Shown: positions 1 through 10,158, counted from the first letter of the stretch. The stretch: 64,000 bases of DNA from Candidatus Omnitrophota bacterium (GCA_903836515.1 CAILQW010000048.1:316-64315); one strand, 5' to 3'. Program-made: numbers and translations. Notes: a model not told the origin generated them from the sequence alone.

Positions 1-1
1 G

Positions 2-100
2 GCAGATACTATGGGGCAAATAACAGGCACGATCACAGTTAATACCAATGATAAGCTTGTTTTGATTGAACAAATTGATGAAATAATAAAGAAAACTTAG
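2..100 (+). CDS. 3' end of an upstream ORF cut by the window edge; its position directly 5' of hsdS suggests the C-terminus of the type I methylase subunit (HsdM), but only 33 codons are visible
   Basis: Open frame ...ITVNTNDKLVLIEQIDEIIKKT* ends at TAG 98-100, 5 nt before the hsdS ATG; too short for any domain assignment. Confidence 0.25.
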   Translation, partial: ADTMGQITGTITVNTNDKLVLIEQIDEIIKKT

Positions 101-105
101 CACAT

Positions 106-1425
106 ATGAATACTTCCTCCAATGCCAGGCTAAAGAAAGGAGAGGGCCTCTCGTTAAAGATTGGGCTTATCCCTGATGGTTGGCATAGATATAAATTATA
201 TGAATTGATGGAAATTACATCGAGCAAGCGAATATTTTTCTCCGAATATATTTCCGCAGGCATTCCTTTTTATCGCTCAAAAGAAGTAATTGAGAAGTTT
301 AATAATAAAAGCGTTTCAACCGAGCTGTTCATTAGCAAAGAACGATTTGAGGACATCAAACAAAAGTTCGGTGTGCCTCAAAGAGGCGATATTTTATTGA
401 CTTCCGTCGGAACACTTGGAGTGCCATTTCTTATTGAGGATGATACTGATTTTTATTTTAAGGATGGAAATTTGACATGGTTTCTGAATTTTAAACGCGA
501 TTCAATTTTGAGTGAATATTTATATTATTGGTTAGCGTCGAACACGGGAAGGCAGAAGCTACTTGATTCATCCATTGGCTCAACTCAGCAGGCGTTAACA
601 ATAGCAGGGCTAAAGAATATTGAAATAGATGTCCCTTCTTGTGAGGAACAGCATAGTATCGCAAAAACTCTCCATTGTATCGACGGAAAAATTAAACTTA
701 ATCACAGAATGAACGAAACCTTAGAGGGAGTAGCGCTGGTACTGTTTAAGCGTTGGTTTGTGGATTTCGAGTTTCCAGATGCCAAAGGCCGACCGTATAG
801 GTCTTATGGTGGAAAGATGGTCAGCTCGGAATTAGGGCCAGTTCCTGCTGGATGGAGGGTCGTTCCTTTAACAGAGATGGTTGACGTCCTTGGTGGAGGC
901 ACTCCATCAACAGGAGTCTCTTCCTATTGGGATGGAGAAATTCCTTTTTTTACTCCTAAGGACGCATCGGAGGCAAGCTATGTCACAAGAACGGAAAAGA
1001 CTGTGACCCAAGAAGGCCTTACTCACTGCAATAGCCCGCAGTTTCCTCATGGCACCGTTTTTATTACCGCCAGAGGTACGGTTGGTAAAGTGTGCATGGC
1101 CGGAGTTCCTATGGCGATGAATCAATCCTGTTACGCCCTGAAGGGAAAAGAATTGCGACAGCTTTATGTGTTCTTTCTGATAAAAGACATCGCACAAAAG
1201 CTAATACAGCAATCCCATGGCACTGTCTTTGAAACCATTACGACGCAAACATTCCAGAGAACCATGGCCATCCGGCCAGAAGCAGACGTCGTGAATTTGT
1301 TTTGTACGAAGGTCGAATGTTTATACGCCCAGATCCTCAATAATATAAATGAGTCGGCATCTTTGGGAACTATTCGCGATTCTATTTTGCCAAGAATGAT
1401 GTCCGGAAAGATGACGGTGTCCTGA
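106..1425 (+). CDS. hsdS: Type I restriction-modification specificity subunit HsdS (two target-recognition domains)
   Basis: 439 aa; central conserved HsdS spacer (VPSCEEQHSIAKTLHCIDGKIKLNHRMNETLEGVALVLFKRWFVDFEFPD) separates two variable TRD-like halves; C-terminal conserved segment (ILPRMMSGKMT); sits immediately upstream of hsdR. Confidence 0.85.
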   Translation: MNTSSNARLKKGEGLSLKIGLIPDGWHRYKLYELMEITSSKRIFFSEYISAGIPFYRSKEVIEKFNNKSVSTELFISKERFEDIKQKFGVPQRGDILLTSVGTLGVPFLIEDDTDFYFKDGNLTWFLNFKRDSILSEYLYYWLASNTGRQKLLDSSIGSTQQALTIAGLKNIEIDVPSCEEQHSIAKTLHCIDGKIKLNHRMNETLEGVALVLFKRWFVDFEFPDAKGRPYRSYGGKMVSSELGPVPAGWRVVPLTEMVDVLGGGTPSTGVSSYWDGEIPFFTPKDASEASYVTRTEKTVTQEGLTHCNSPQFPHGTVFITARGTVGKVCMAGVPMAMNQSCYALKGKELRQLYVFFLIKDIAQKLIQQSHGTVFETITTQTFQRTMAIRPEADVVNLFCTKVECLYAQILNNINESASLGTIRDSILPRMMSGKMTVS

Positions 1426-1426
1426 T

Positions 1427-2311
1427 ATGGATAAGATTTTTTTCTTTATCGAAGGGCATCCAGTATTGATTTCCATTGGCATCGTTTTCTTGGGAGGAGT
1501 CGGGTTTCTCATTAAGAAATGGTTTTTCAATGAAAACACCTCCGCTGTCCCTTTTATTAAAGCGGGTGTGAGCATTTCAGCTGGTGGTGACATCGTTGTC
1601 GGGAATAAAGTGGTTCAGCACGTTTCGTCTAATACGGACACCAATGTTTCTGCAACAGACCGGCTGACGAATATTTTATTTGATGCTCACAATTGGCAGT
1701 ATGACGGCTTAAGTAAGGCATATTATAAGTCTGCGCCAGAATTCACGCTTGAATATGATTCAAAAGAACAAGCCGTTGAGGAACGGTGGTGGGGCAACTT
1801 TCTTGGTAAGGTTACAAAGTTCGATATTGTCTTTAAGTATCACGCGACGGCACTAAAAACAGCATCTTGCTGTCGTTTCGAGGGAGAGGCCTTTAGTATC
1901 CCGTATCCTGATGTGGATTATGTACGCATTGACGTTAGCAGGCAGAAAGATGCGCCCAATACGTATTCGTTATTTTATTTTTTAGAGGATAGCTTTGAAT
2001 TCGCGTTGCTTTTTCATTTATTTGGGGCGAATGCTTCTATCGTCGACAAAGAAAATCGGGAACGGCTTTTTAAAAAAGATGCAATAGCTTCTCAGGTTAA
2101 GCCTCCGATCAGATCGTTGCCGTTCATAGTTTTTAAGAACAACGAAGAAAAGAATGCTTTTATAAAGAAGTTGGAAGGCCATATTGGCGATTTTTTCCGT
2201 CAAAAAGCAATAACGCCTACAATGCAATTAGGGGCTCAGAAATTGCAGGAAGAAAAAGCTTTTGCGTATTGGGCGTATGATTTGTTTTTTAAATTAAAGG
2301 ATATTGAATAA
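1427..2311 (+). CDS. Hypothetical protein with a single N-terminal transmembrane helix, wedged between hsdS and hsdR with overlapping stop and start codons at both junctions
   Basis: 294-aa ORF; hydrophobic segment [18 protein letters not shown] near the N-terminus; its ATG lies 1 nt after the hsdS TGA and its TAA (2309-2311) overlaps the hsdR start region; no recognisable domain. Confidence 0.6.
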   Translation: MDKIFFFIEGHPVLISIGIVFLGGVGFLIKKWFFNENTSAVPFIKAGVSISAGGDIVVGNKVVQHVSSNTDTNVSATDRLTNILFDAHNWQYDGLSKAYYKSAPEFTLEYDSKEQAVEERWWGNFLGKVTKFDIVFKYHATALKTASCCRFEGEAFSIPYPDVDYVRIDVSRQKDAPNTYSLFYFLEDSFEFALLFHLFGANASIVDKENRERLFKKDAIASQVKPPIRSLPFIVFKNNEEKNAFIKKLEGHIGDFFRQKAITPTMQLGAQKLQEEKAFAYWAYDLFFKLKDIE

Positions 2312-2321
2312 GTTTGGGGAT

Positions 2322-5300
2322 ATGATGAGGCAAATTATTACTGAATCCGAAGTCGAACAAGCCACGCTGGATATCCTCTCTGCTCAGGGGTACGCGATTG
2401 TCCATGGGCCGGATATAGCGCCTGATGGCCCTAATCCCGAAAGGCAGAGCTACGCGGACGTGGTCCTTGTCGGACGGCTTCGGGAGGCGATAGACCGGAT
2501 TAATCCCAAGATCCCGGCCGAGGGCAAGGATGAGGCGGTCAGGAAGCTTCTTCGTGTTGAAAGCCCCGACCTGCTGGTTAACAACCAGCGGCTTCATGCC
2601 ATGCTGGTCAATGGTGTGGATGTTGAGTATCGCCGGGATGATCAGGTCGTTTCAGATAAAATCTGGCTTTTTGATTTTGCCAATCTCACCAAGAATGAGT
2701 TCCTCGCCGTTAACCAGTTCACCATTATTGAAAACAATCACAATCGCCGACCGGACATCATTCTGTTTGTGAACGGACTGCCGATTGTTGTGCTTGAGCT
2801 CAAGAACCCTGCGGATGAGAATGCGACTGTTCACTCGGCCTTCAAACAGTTTCAGACGTACAAGCTTCAGATTCCTTCCCTCTTTCATTTCGCTGAGGTT
2901 TTGATCGCTTCTGATGGCTTTGACGCTAAAGCCGGGACGATCACGTCAGACTGGGAGAGGTTCCAGCCGTGGAAGACCGTCGACGGTAAGGATAAGGCGC
3001 ATGCGGCTATCCCGCAGATCGAAGTGCTCACCAAGGGTATGCTTAATAAAACGGTGTTGTTGGATCTGATTCGGCATTTTGTTGTTTTTGAGCAGGAGAA
3101 GGATAGCAAGGACGGCTCGCTCAAGATTTCCAAGAAGATTGCCGCGTATCATCAATATTACGCGGTCAACAAAGCCATCGATGAAACTCTTCGCGCGGCT
3201 TCGGCCAAAGGTGACCGGCGTTGCGGTCTCATTTGGCATACGCAGGGCTCCGGCAAGAGCTTGAGCATGGTTTTCTACACTGGCAAGCTTGTATTATCTT
3301 TGGATAATCCGACGGTGATGGTGCTGACAGATCGCAATGACCTTGACGATCAACTTTTCGGGACTTTCTCCCGGTGCAATGAACTTTTACGGCAGTCTCC
3401 GGTTCAGGCTGAAACCCGGTCACAGCTGAGGGATTATTTGAAGGTCTCCTCCGGCGGTGTTGTTTTTACTACTATTCAGAAGTTTTTGCCTGAAGAGCGT
3501 GGCGATACCTATCCGATTCTTTCCGATCGGCGGAATATTGTGGTGATTGCGGATGAAGCCCACCGGAGCCAATACGACTTTATTGATGGCTTTGCCCGGC
3601 ATATGCGTGATGCCTTGCCCAACGCGTCCTTCATCGGGTTTACCGGCACGCCAATTGAGCTTAAAGATAAGAATACCCGGGCAGTGTTCGGTGATTACAT
3701 TGACATTTATGACATTGAGCAGGCGGTTCACGATGGCGCTACGGTCCGTATTTATTATGAGAGTCGTCTGGCCAAGCTGGAATTAAGTGATGCTGAGCGT
3801 CCACAGATTGATCCGAACTTTGAAGAGGCGACCGAAGGCGAAGAGGTTAGCAAAAAGGAAAAGCTTAAAAGCAAATGGGCCCGGATGGAGGCTATTGTCG
3901 GTAGTGAGAAGCGCGTCCGGCAGATTGCCAAGGATATCGTGGATCACTTCGAGGAGAGGTCTAAAAACCTTGAAGGCAAGGGCATGATCGTTTGTATGAG
4001 CCGCCGGATTGCTTTTGACCTCCACAATGAGATTGTGAGGTTGCGCCCCCAGTGGTATCAAAAGGACGATGACAAGGGCGCTTTGAAAGTCATTATGACT
4101 GGCTCAGCGTCAGATCCGGTGGAGTGGCAGGAGCACATAAGGAACAAGCCACGCCGCCGGGACATTGGCGACCGGATGAAAGATCCTTCTGACCCGCTCA
4201 AGCTGGTCATTGTCCGTGACATGTGGCTAACCGGTTTTGATGTGCCGTCGCTTCATACGATGTATATCGACAAGCCGATGCGCGGTCATGGCCTTATGCA
4301 GGCGATCGCTCGCGTCAACCGCGTCTTCAAGGATAAGCCCGGCGGTCTGGTCGTAGACTATTTGGGCATTGCTGATGATCTTAAGAAGGCACTTTCCGAA
4401 TATACGGAAAGCGGTGGTGAGGGTAAGCCGACACTCGATCAGGAAGAGGCCGTCGCGCTCATGCTGGAGAAATATGAGGTTGTTACCGGCATGTTTCACG
4501 GATTTGATTTCCGCAAGTTCTTTTCATCATCCATTACAGAGAAAATGACGATCATCTCACTCGCTCAGGAACATATCCTTGGGCTTGATAAGGGCAAGGA
4601 TCGGTTTCTGGGTTATGTGACGCAGTTGTCACAAGCATTCGCGTTGTCTGTGCCTCACGCGGAGACATTTAAGATCAGGGATGATGTGGGCTTCTTTCAG
4701 GCAGTACGGTCCAGGATCGCTAAGTTTGAAACCGGCACCGGCAAGACAGATGACGACCTGGATTCCGCGATCAGGCAGATTATATCCAAAGCAGTTGTTT
4801 CCGACCGGGTGATTGATATCTTTGAAGCCGCCGGGATCAAGAAACCGGATATCTCTATCCTTTCTGATGAGTTTTTGGCAGAGGTTAAGGGGATGCCGCA
4901 TAAGAATCTCGCCTTTGAGCTGTTAAAGAAGCTTCTTAATGATGAAATCAAATCTCGCTCAAAACGGAATCTTATTCAGGGCCGGTCTTTTGCCGAGCTT
5001 CTGGAGCAGGCGATCAAAAAATATCAGAACAAGGCGATCGAAGCGGCCAAGGTCATTGAAGAATTGATCTCATTGGCCAAGAAGATGCGCGAGGCGGACA
5101 AACGTGGCGAGGATCTGGGGCTGACTTTTGATGAGGTGGCTTTTTACGATGCCCTTGAAGTCAACGATAGCGCGGTTAAGGTTCTTGGTGATGATGAGCT
5201 TCGGATGATTGCCCGGGAGCTGGTCCAAACGGTTCGCAATAATGTCACGATTGACTGGACGCTCAAGGAAAGCGTGCAGGCTAAGCTCCGGATCATGGTC

Positions 5301-5906
5301 AAGCGCATCTTGCGCAAGCACGGGTACCCACCGGATAAAGAAAAGAAAGCTACAGATACGGTCCTCGAACAGGCGACCCTCTTGTGCAAAGACTGGGCCG
5401 ATGTTGCGCCCGTTCGCGGAGCAGATGAGACACTTTTCTTCAGTGATGTGATCTCTGAAGGGGCTTTCGAGGAGGGTTATGTGCCGGTTTATGACCTTCA
5501 GGCCGTGGCAACGGCATTTGGCGAGCAACCAGCGCCATCAGTTAAAGGCTGGAAGCCGATGAATGGCCGAAAGATCAGTAAAGACATGTTTATTGCGCGA
5601 GTGGTCGGAAAATCCATGGAACCGACCATTGCGGACGGCAGCTGGTGTTTGTTCCGGCTTGAACGCGGAGGTTCCCGGCATGGTGTTTATCTGATTGAAT
5701 CCCGGCAGGTCAAGGACCCGGAAACCGGCTTCGCCTTTACGATCAAGCGGTATCATAGCGAAAAGGAAGATTTTGGTAACGGCCAGTGGAAGCACAAAAG
5801 GATTACGCTATCTCCAGATAACAAAACGTTCCCGGATATTATTATCGAGAATGTCGGCGGAGATGATTTTCGGGTTGTGGCGGAATTTGTGAATGTTATT
5901 TGTTAA
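2322..5906 (+). CDS. hsdR: Type I restriction enzyme R subunit HsdR (SF2 helicase-nuclease) with an appended C-terminal LexA-like S24 peptidase domain
   Basis: HsdR N-terminal region ([17 protein letters not shown]...); Walker A ([12 protein letters not shown]); DEAH box ([10 protein letters not shown]); motif III (FTGTPIE); helical C-terminal region typical of HsdR; then the S24-like tail. The ORF track starts at TTG 2304; ATG 2322 preceded by GGGGA is preferred. Confidence 0.85.
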   Translation: MMRQIITESEVEQATLDILSAQGYAIVHGPDIAPDGPNPERQSYADVVLVGRLREAIDRINPKIPAEGKDEAVRKLLRVESPDLLVNNQRLHAMLVNGVDVEYRRDDQVVSDKIWLFDFANLTKNEFLAVNQFTIIENNHNRRPDIILFVNGLPIVVLELKNPADENATVHSAFKQFQTYKLQIPSLFHFAEVLIASDGFDAKAGTITSDWERFQPWKTVDGKDKAHAAIPQIEVLTKGMLNKTVLLDLIRHFVVFEQEKDSKDGSLKISKKIAAYHQYYAVNKAIDETLRAASAKGDRRCGLIWHTQGSGKSLSMVFYTGKLVLSLDNPTVMVLTDRNDLDDQLFGTFSRCNELLRQSPVQAETRSQLRDYLKVSSGGVVFTTIQKFLPEERGDTYPILSDRRNIVVIADEAHRSQYDFIDGFARHMRDALPNASFIGFTGTPIELKDKNTRAVFGDYIDIYDIEQAVHDGATVRIYYESRLAKLELSDAERPQIDPNFEEATEGEEVSKKEKLKSKWARMEAIVGSEKRVRQIAKDIVDHFEERSKNLEGKGMIVCMSRRIAFDLHNEIVRLRPQWYQKDDDKGALKVIMTGSASDPVEWQEHIRNKPRRRDIGDRMKDPSDPLKLVIVRDMWLTGFDVPSLHTMYIDKPMRGHGLMQAIARVNRVFKDKPGGLVVDYLGIADDLKKALSEYTESGGEGKPTLDQEEAVALMLEKYEVVTGMFHGFDFRKFFSSSITEKMTIISLAQEHILGLDKGKDRFLGYVTQLSQAFALSVPHAETFKIRDDVGFFQAVRSRIAKFETGTGKTDDDLDSAIRQIISKAVVSDRVIDIFEAAGIKKPDISILSDEFLAEVKGMPHKNLAFELLKKLLNDEIKSRSKRNLIQGRSFAELLEQAIKKYQNKAIEAAKVIEELISLAKKMREADKRGEDLGLTFDEVAFYDALEVNDSAVKVLGDDELRMIARELVQTVRNNVTIDWTLKESVQAKLRIMVKRILRKHGYPPDKEKKATDTVLEQATLLCKDWADVAPVRGADETLFFSDVISEGAFEEGYVPVYDLQAVATAFGEQPAPSVKGWKPMNGRKISKDMFIARVVGKSMEPTIADGSWCLFRLERGGSRHGVYLIESRQVKDPETGFAFTIKRYHSEKEDFGNGQWKHKRITLSPDNKTFPDIIIENVGGDDFRVVAEFVNVIC
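5481..5903 (+). other. LexA/UmuD/CI-like S24 serine autopeptidase domain fused in-frame to the C-terminus of HsdR
   Basis: [16 protein letters not shown] / [18 protein letters not shown] / FTIKRYH align with LexA VPLVGRVAAGEP / VSGMSMKDIGIMDGDLLAV / VTVKRLK; Ser codon 5613-5615 and Lys codon 5745-5747 of the catalytic dyad are both present. Confidence 0.7.
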
Positions 5907-6005
5907 ACGGGATAGTGGTCTCGGATGATTCCAGGGAAGTCATTTTAGATTGGCTACTGGGTAGCAATGGGGTCTGAGTTTTGAATTTATGGAGAGGCAA
6001 TTAAC

Positions 6006-7610
6006 ATGAAGATCGGACGCAATGACCTGTGTTTTTGCGGGAGCGGAAAAAAGTATAAGAAATGTTGCCTGGGTCGTGAGTTGCCCGGGGAACTTAAGCA
6101 TAAGACTCATGATATTTTGCCGGATCGATGGGAGATCGATTATGGCGAGCCGTGTTTGGACAAGGATTTCTTTGACCACAATGGATTGGCAGAATTTTCA
6201 GCAGCCAGAATGATCCAGGCGGCCATGCTGTTCCCCGATGCTGTTGAAGAGGTTGCCAGCGAGGTTCGTCTTGAAACGACCGGGTATCTTGCTGAACTTA
6301 AGGAGATCGAGGAGCTGACGAGGCCGCAGGAGATCGTGCGGTTTTTGAAAAAAGGTCCGGACCGCCTCAATTATCCGCAAGTGTTGGATAAATTTCTGGA
6401 TCATGAAAAAGAAACGGTGCTGTTATTGCTCGAAGAGATGCGAAGTTCCGACAATGAATTATTTGTGGAATGGGCTGTAAAATTGTTCTATGAATCGGAT
6501 TATGTACTTGCTGAAGATATCCTTGAGATTATCGAATTGCATCAGCATGATGCGTATGCGGTTTCTTTGCTTTGTATTTTGTTGGGTTCTTATGATCATC
6601 CCGCTATCCCGAAGTTGTTATGGGATTACTTTCAATATTTCAGGAAGAACTTCCGCGATGAGCTGTACCACGAAGGACCCTTGCTGGCGCTGCGTGAGAT
6701 CCACGAATATATGAATGAGCCGCGGGTATCAGATCCGGAAATGGCCTTGTGGGATGAAGATCGGCTGGCTACTTTTGACGAGAAGGAGCTGGTTGCGCGC
6801 ATGAAAGCGTTGGGTGTTCCTTTGGATAAAGAGACCTTTTTGAAAGATATACAGGGTCTTCATGCGGCAGAAAAGCTGGTTGATCGTTGGGTTGAGAAAT
6901 ATTCCATTCATTCAGTTGGGAACGACGAGGATTTTTTGTGGTTTGGTGCCATGGAGCTTTGGAAACGCTGGGCGCCAGAGGTGATGTTCGATGAGCGTTT
7001 GAGCGATATGATGCAGCGCGGATACGATTGTTTCAACCGAAGAAAGAATCGTGAAGGCTGTGATCTTTGGCTGGAGGTATGGGAAGTCTTCAAGGCGCGG
7101 CACGCGGGGCACGGCAGATCTCTGGAGGGAGTGGACAAGCAATATAGTGGTTCCCAGACTTGGCACAATTGGTGTCAGGATCTGGAGATGAACCTCGGCA
7201 ATCTTGTTCGTGTTTGCCCGGAGTACGCTCCCCGGGCGGTTACGTATTTCAGGGAATTTCGTTTGTTGTTGCCGGAGTCCGATCCATTGATTGTTCAGAA
7301 TATGATGATGGCCGAGGCTGAAGCCCTGATTTTTGGAGGAGACTTGGTTGCGGGAGAGGCTCTTTTTCGGAAAGTAGTGGAATCTTTTTCGGATGATGTT
7401 TGGGGTTATATCCGTTGGGGGGATGTGTTTGCATCGTCGATGTGGTCTTCTTTGGTGCCGCAGGATTTGACAAAAGCTGAAAAAATTTACCGCATGGCGA
7501 TTGGCCGCGGTCTAAAAGAGGAAAAGGAAGTCAATCGCCGGATCAGGGATATGGGAGAAACGCGCCAGGCTCACAAGAATGATCGGATAGGGTCAAGGTT
7601 GTTGAAATGA
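6006..7610 (+). CDS. SEC-C zinc-binding-motif protein (N-terminal CFCGSGKKYKKCC) with a large helical domain of unknown function
   Basis: 534 aa; canonical SEC-C motif at residues 8-22; good RBS GGAGAGG upstream; the remainder matches no family I recognise. Confidence 0.6.
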   Translation: MKIGRNDLCFCGSGKKYKKCCLGRELPGELKHKTHDILPDRWEIDYGEPCLDKDFFDHNGLAEFSAARMIQAAMLFPDAVEEVASEVRLETTGYLAELKEIEELTRPQEIVRFLKKGPDRLNYPQVLDKFLDHEKETVLLLLEEMRSSDNELFVEWAVKLFYESDYVLAEDILEIIELHQHDAYAVSLLCILLGSYDHPAIPKLLWDYFQYFRKNFRDELYHEGPLLALREIHEYMNEPRVSDPEMALWDEDRLATFDEKELVARMKALGVPLDKETFLKDIQGLHAAEKLVDRWVEKYSIHSVGNDEDFLWFGAMELWKRWAPEVMFDERLSDMMQRGYDCFNRRKNREGCDLWLEVWEVFKARHAGHGRSLEGVDKQYSGSQTWHNWCQDLEMNLGNLVRVCPEYAPRAVTYFREFRLLLPESDPLIVQNMMMAEAEALIFGGDLVAGEALFRKVVESFSDDVWGYIRWGDVFASSMWSSLVPQDLTKAEKIYRMAIGRGLKEEKEVNRRIRDMGETRQAHKNDRIGSRLLK

Positions 7611-8425
7611 TGCGACAGGAGAATGCGGTGAGCACGGGATTGACCTTTCAAGAAATCTGTCCGGACTTCGACGAATGGCCAGACAGATGGCAAATAATGT
7701 CCGAGGACAGACCGTATGGACGGGAGTTGCTGACTATTTTCAAGCCTTTTTGTGAGGATCTGGTGGCCAAAGGTTTCTCGAAAAGCACGATTAAAAGACA
7801 TTTGGGTTTCTTGTGGGTTTTGGGCGGCGAGCTGATCGAGGAGATCAATGAGTACGAGGGAAAAAGGACCCGACCGGCCATGGACTTGTTGATGGATCAA
7901 TTGGACCCGGATGGAGGCCCTTATTGTCGTCATTTGGAAGGCGAGTCAGAGCATCGTGCTTTTGACGCGACCTGTAAGAAGCTTTACAAGTTCCTGCAGG
8001 AGAGTCAGGCGAAGGATCGTGAAGCCGGCGCTCCGTCCGGCTACGATACATCGTGGGATCTTGTTTTGGATGAAAAAGGTAATCGGCCAACTAATGAAGC
8101 CGCGTATGATGAGAAAAGCCGTGAATGGCAATGGCGTGACTGGAAGAAGTGGTTGGAAGAAAATCTCGTTTTCCCATTTGATGTTATTCGCAAAGAGGAT
8201 GATGACGATTCTATCGAGATTGCGGCAAATGAGCCTTTCAGCGTTGGGCATCAGATGACCGCGTTTGGATTGGCCGGTGAGATGGGCGGGTACGGGATTA
8301 TTGCTCGGGTGAAGGAACGTCGCCGAAAAGGGCACGCTCCTCTTTGTGACCTTGAGGTGACGCCTCCCGGCGACAGGAACTTCTGGCCTGTTAGGGAGTA
8401 TGTTGTCTGGTTTGCTAACCGGTGA
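7607..8425 (+). CDS. Hypothetical acidic protein, translationally coupled to the SEC-C protein gene
   Basis: 272 aa; the start ATG overlaps the upstream TGA (ATGA at 7607-7610); no recognisable domain; followed by palindromes TTGGTCGACCAA and CTACCGAG...CTCGGTAG. Confidence 0.5.
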   Translation: MMRQENAVSTGLTFQEICPDFDEWPDRWQIMSEDRPYGRELLTIFKPFCEDLVAKGFSKSTIKRHLGFLWVLGGELIEEINEYEGKRTRPAMDLLMDQLDPDGGPYCRHLEGESEHRAFDATCKKLYKFLQESQAKDREAGAPSGYDTSWDLVLDEKGNRPTNEAAYDEKSREWQWRDWKKWLEENLVFPFDVIRKEDDDDSIEIAANEPFSVGHQMTAFGLAGEMGGYGIIARVKERRRKGHAPLCDLEVTPPGDRNFWPVREYVVWFANR

Positions 8426-8592
8426 AGTTTTAGTGATGTGGTCAAAAAAGTATCTGTTGCTTGTTTTTTCTTGTTGGTCGACCAAGCAACTACCGAGGAT
8501 TGCTCGGTAGTTCAATTGAGCGTTTGTTCTGGCTGCGGCAAAAAGTCAAAAGAAGGATGCTCGGAAGGTAAAATAAATGACAGGCGTGATAA

Positions 8593-9981
8593 ATGAATAA
8601 TAAAACTTTTCAGAAAATAATTGGCGCGGCAGAATCTACGACTATCGAGTGGAAGAAATCTCTCTCGGTATTTCACGAGATCATGGAGACCATATCCGCA
8701 TTCTCGAATACCGAAGGCGGGAAGATTCTTGTTGGCGTTTCTGATGATGGCGAGGTCTTGGGCGTTCAGATCGGCAAGGGAACGATGGAAGATCTGGTGA
8801 ACAAGATCGGACAGCATACCGACCCCAAAGTTTTTCCAAAGATCTCTGTTAAGAAGGTTGGCGGCAAGGACGTAATCGTTATTGATGTGAAAGAGTCACG
8901 GGATCATCTGATTCTGGCGGATGGCTTGCCGTATAAACGGGTTGGCCGGACATCGCCGAGGATGAGCAAAGATGAGTACGAGCGCCTGATTTTGGAGAAG
9001 CACCGGGGTGCGTTGTCTTTTGATGGTGAGGTTTGCAAGGGCGCCGTGATGACCGATATTGATGCTGAAAAAGTCATGCACTTTCTGTCTGTTGCGAGGC
9101 AGGAGCGCGGGCTTGATATTGATGCGAAGAGTTCGGTCAAAGATGTTTTGATGCGGCTTGATTTACTTAAAGGGAGCAAGTTGACGAATGCGGCTATTTT
9201 GTTGTTCGGGAAGAGGCCGCGGTCATTCTTTACCCAGTCTGAAAGCAAGTGTGTCCGGTTTAAAGGACTTGATGTCACGGGAGAGATGATTGATCTTAAG
9301 CCGATCAATGGTGATATTGTTGCTCAGCTCAGGGATATTGAGAAGTTTATTTATGATCATATTTCCATGCGAGCATGGATTGAGTCGGGGAAAATGGAGC
9401 GGCAGGAGAAATGGGAATATCCTCCCAAGGCTATTCGTGAAGCTTTGGCGAATGCCATGGCGCATCGGGATTTTCGTACAACATCGAAAGTCCAGGTCAG
9501 AATTTTTGATGACAGGATTGAGTTCTGGAATCCGGCCATATTACCGCAAGGCTGGACAGCAGAAACGCTCAAGCAAAAACATGAGTCCAAGCCGTTTAAT
9601 CCGTTGTTGGCAGAGGCCTTCTTTTGGATCAAGTATGCTGAAGAAGTCGGCACTGGCACGGGCAAGATCATTACATGGTGCAGGGGGTGGGGTTTGCCTG
9701 ATCCGGACTTTGAGTATGCTGGAAGTAGTCTGGTTGTAACGTTGCGCAAGACGAAATTAACCGAACAGTATTTGAAAGATGCGAATCTTTCAAAACGGCA
9801 GGTGAGTGCTTTTGAGCATATGAAGACAGGTCTTAAAATGACCAGTATCGAATATGCGAAAATGTTTGGTGTAACAGACAGGACGGCGCGGAATGATTTG
9901 TCTGCGATGGTTGAAAAGGGGCTTGTTAAGAAAGTCGGGACGGGTGATAGAAACACTGCGTATGTGTTAGCGGAAATTTAG
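8593..9981 (+). CDS. COG2865-type protein: Schlafen/AlbA_2 (divergent AAA) domain plus HATPase-like domain plus C-terminal HTH, the family often mis-annotated as RecG-like or as a transcriptional regulator
   Basis: 462 aa; N-terminal AlbA_2-like region (IEWKKSLSVFHEIMETISAFSNTEGGKILVGVSDDGEVLGV); central ATPase-like region; C-terminal HTH (SIEYAKMFGVTDRTARNDLSAMVEKGLVKK). Confidence 0.7.
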   Translation: MNNKTFQKIIGAAESTTIEWKKSLSVFHEIMETISAFSNTEGGKILVGVSDDGEVLGVQIGKGTMEDLVNKIGQHTDPKVFPKISVKKVGGKDVIVIDVKESRDHLILADGLPYKRVGRTSPRMSKDEYERLILEKHRGALSFDGEVCKGAVMTDIDAEKVMHFLSVARQERGLDIDAKSSVKDVLMRLDLLKGSKLTNAAILLFGKRPRSFFTQSESKCVRFKGLDVTGEMIDLKPINGDIVAQLRDIEKFIYDHISMRAWIESGKMERQEKWEYPPKAIREALANAMAHRDFRTTSKVQVRIFDDRIEFWNPAILPQGWTAETLKQKHESKPFNPLLAEAFFWIKYAEEVGTGTGKIITWCRGWGLPDPDFEYAGSSLVVTLRKTKLTEQYLKDANLSKRQVSAFEHMKTGLKMTSIEYAKMFGVTDRTARNDLSAMVEKGLVKKVGTGDRNTAYVLAEI

Positions 9982-10008
9982 CGGAAATTTAGCGGAATAA
10001 ATTTCCGC
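9969..10008. repeat. Repeat block U1: AGCGGAAATTT three times in tandem (third copy degenerate), ending in an inverted copy (AAATTTCCGC)
   Basis: Copies at 9969, 9980, 9991 (11-bp spacing); the first copy overlaps the stop codon of the COG2865 gene. Confidence 0.8.
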
Positions 10009-10064
10009 AGATATTATTTTCACAAATGGGGAGTATTTAAGGGCGGGGAAATATCTGCGTAACT

Positions 10065-10098
10065 GGTTGACGTAATGTTGACGCAAGGTTGACGCGAG
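10065..10098. repeat. Repeat block U2: GTTGACG(T/C)(A/G)A(T/G) three times with an 11-bp period; each unit contains a -35-like TTGACG
   Basis: GTTGACG at 10066, 10077, 10088. Confidence 0.8.
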
Positions 10099-10158
10099 AT
10101 GCACTTTCTTGCCGGGCATATTGAGATAGTGGTGGCGCAATGATTCGAGCACTGCGAT

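Noticed and set aside
39-263. Minus-strand 74-aa ORF overlapping the hsdS start
   Set aside because: It is antisense to the hsdS N-terminus and the upstream frame, and has no support.
8904-9956. Minus-strand ORFs (134 and 199 aa) inside the COG2865 gene
   Set aside because: They are antisense to a well-supported domain-containing + strand gene.
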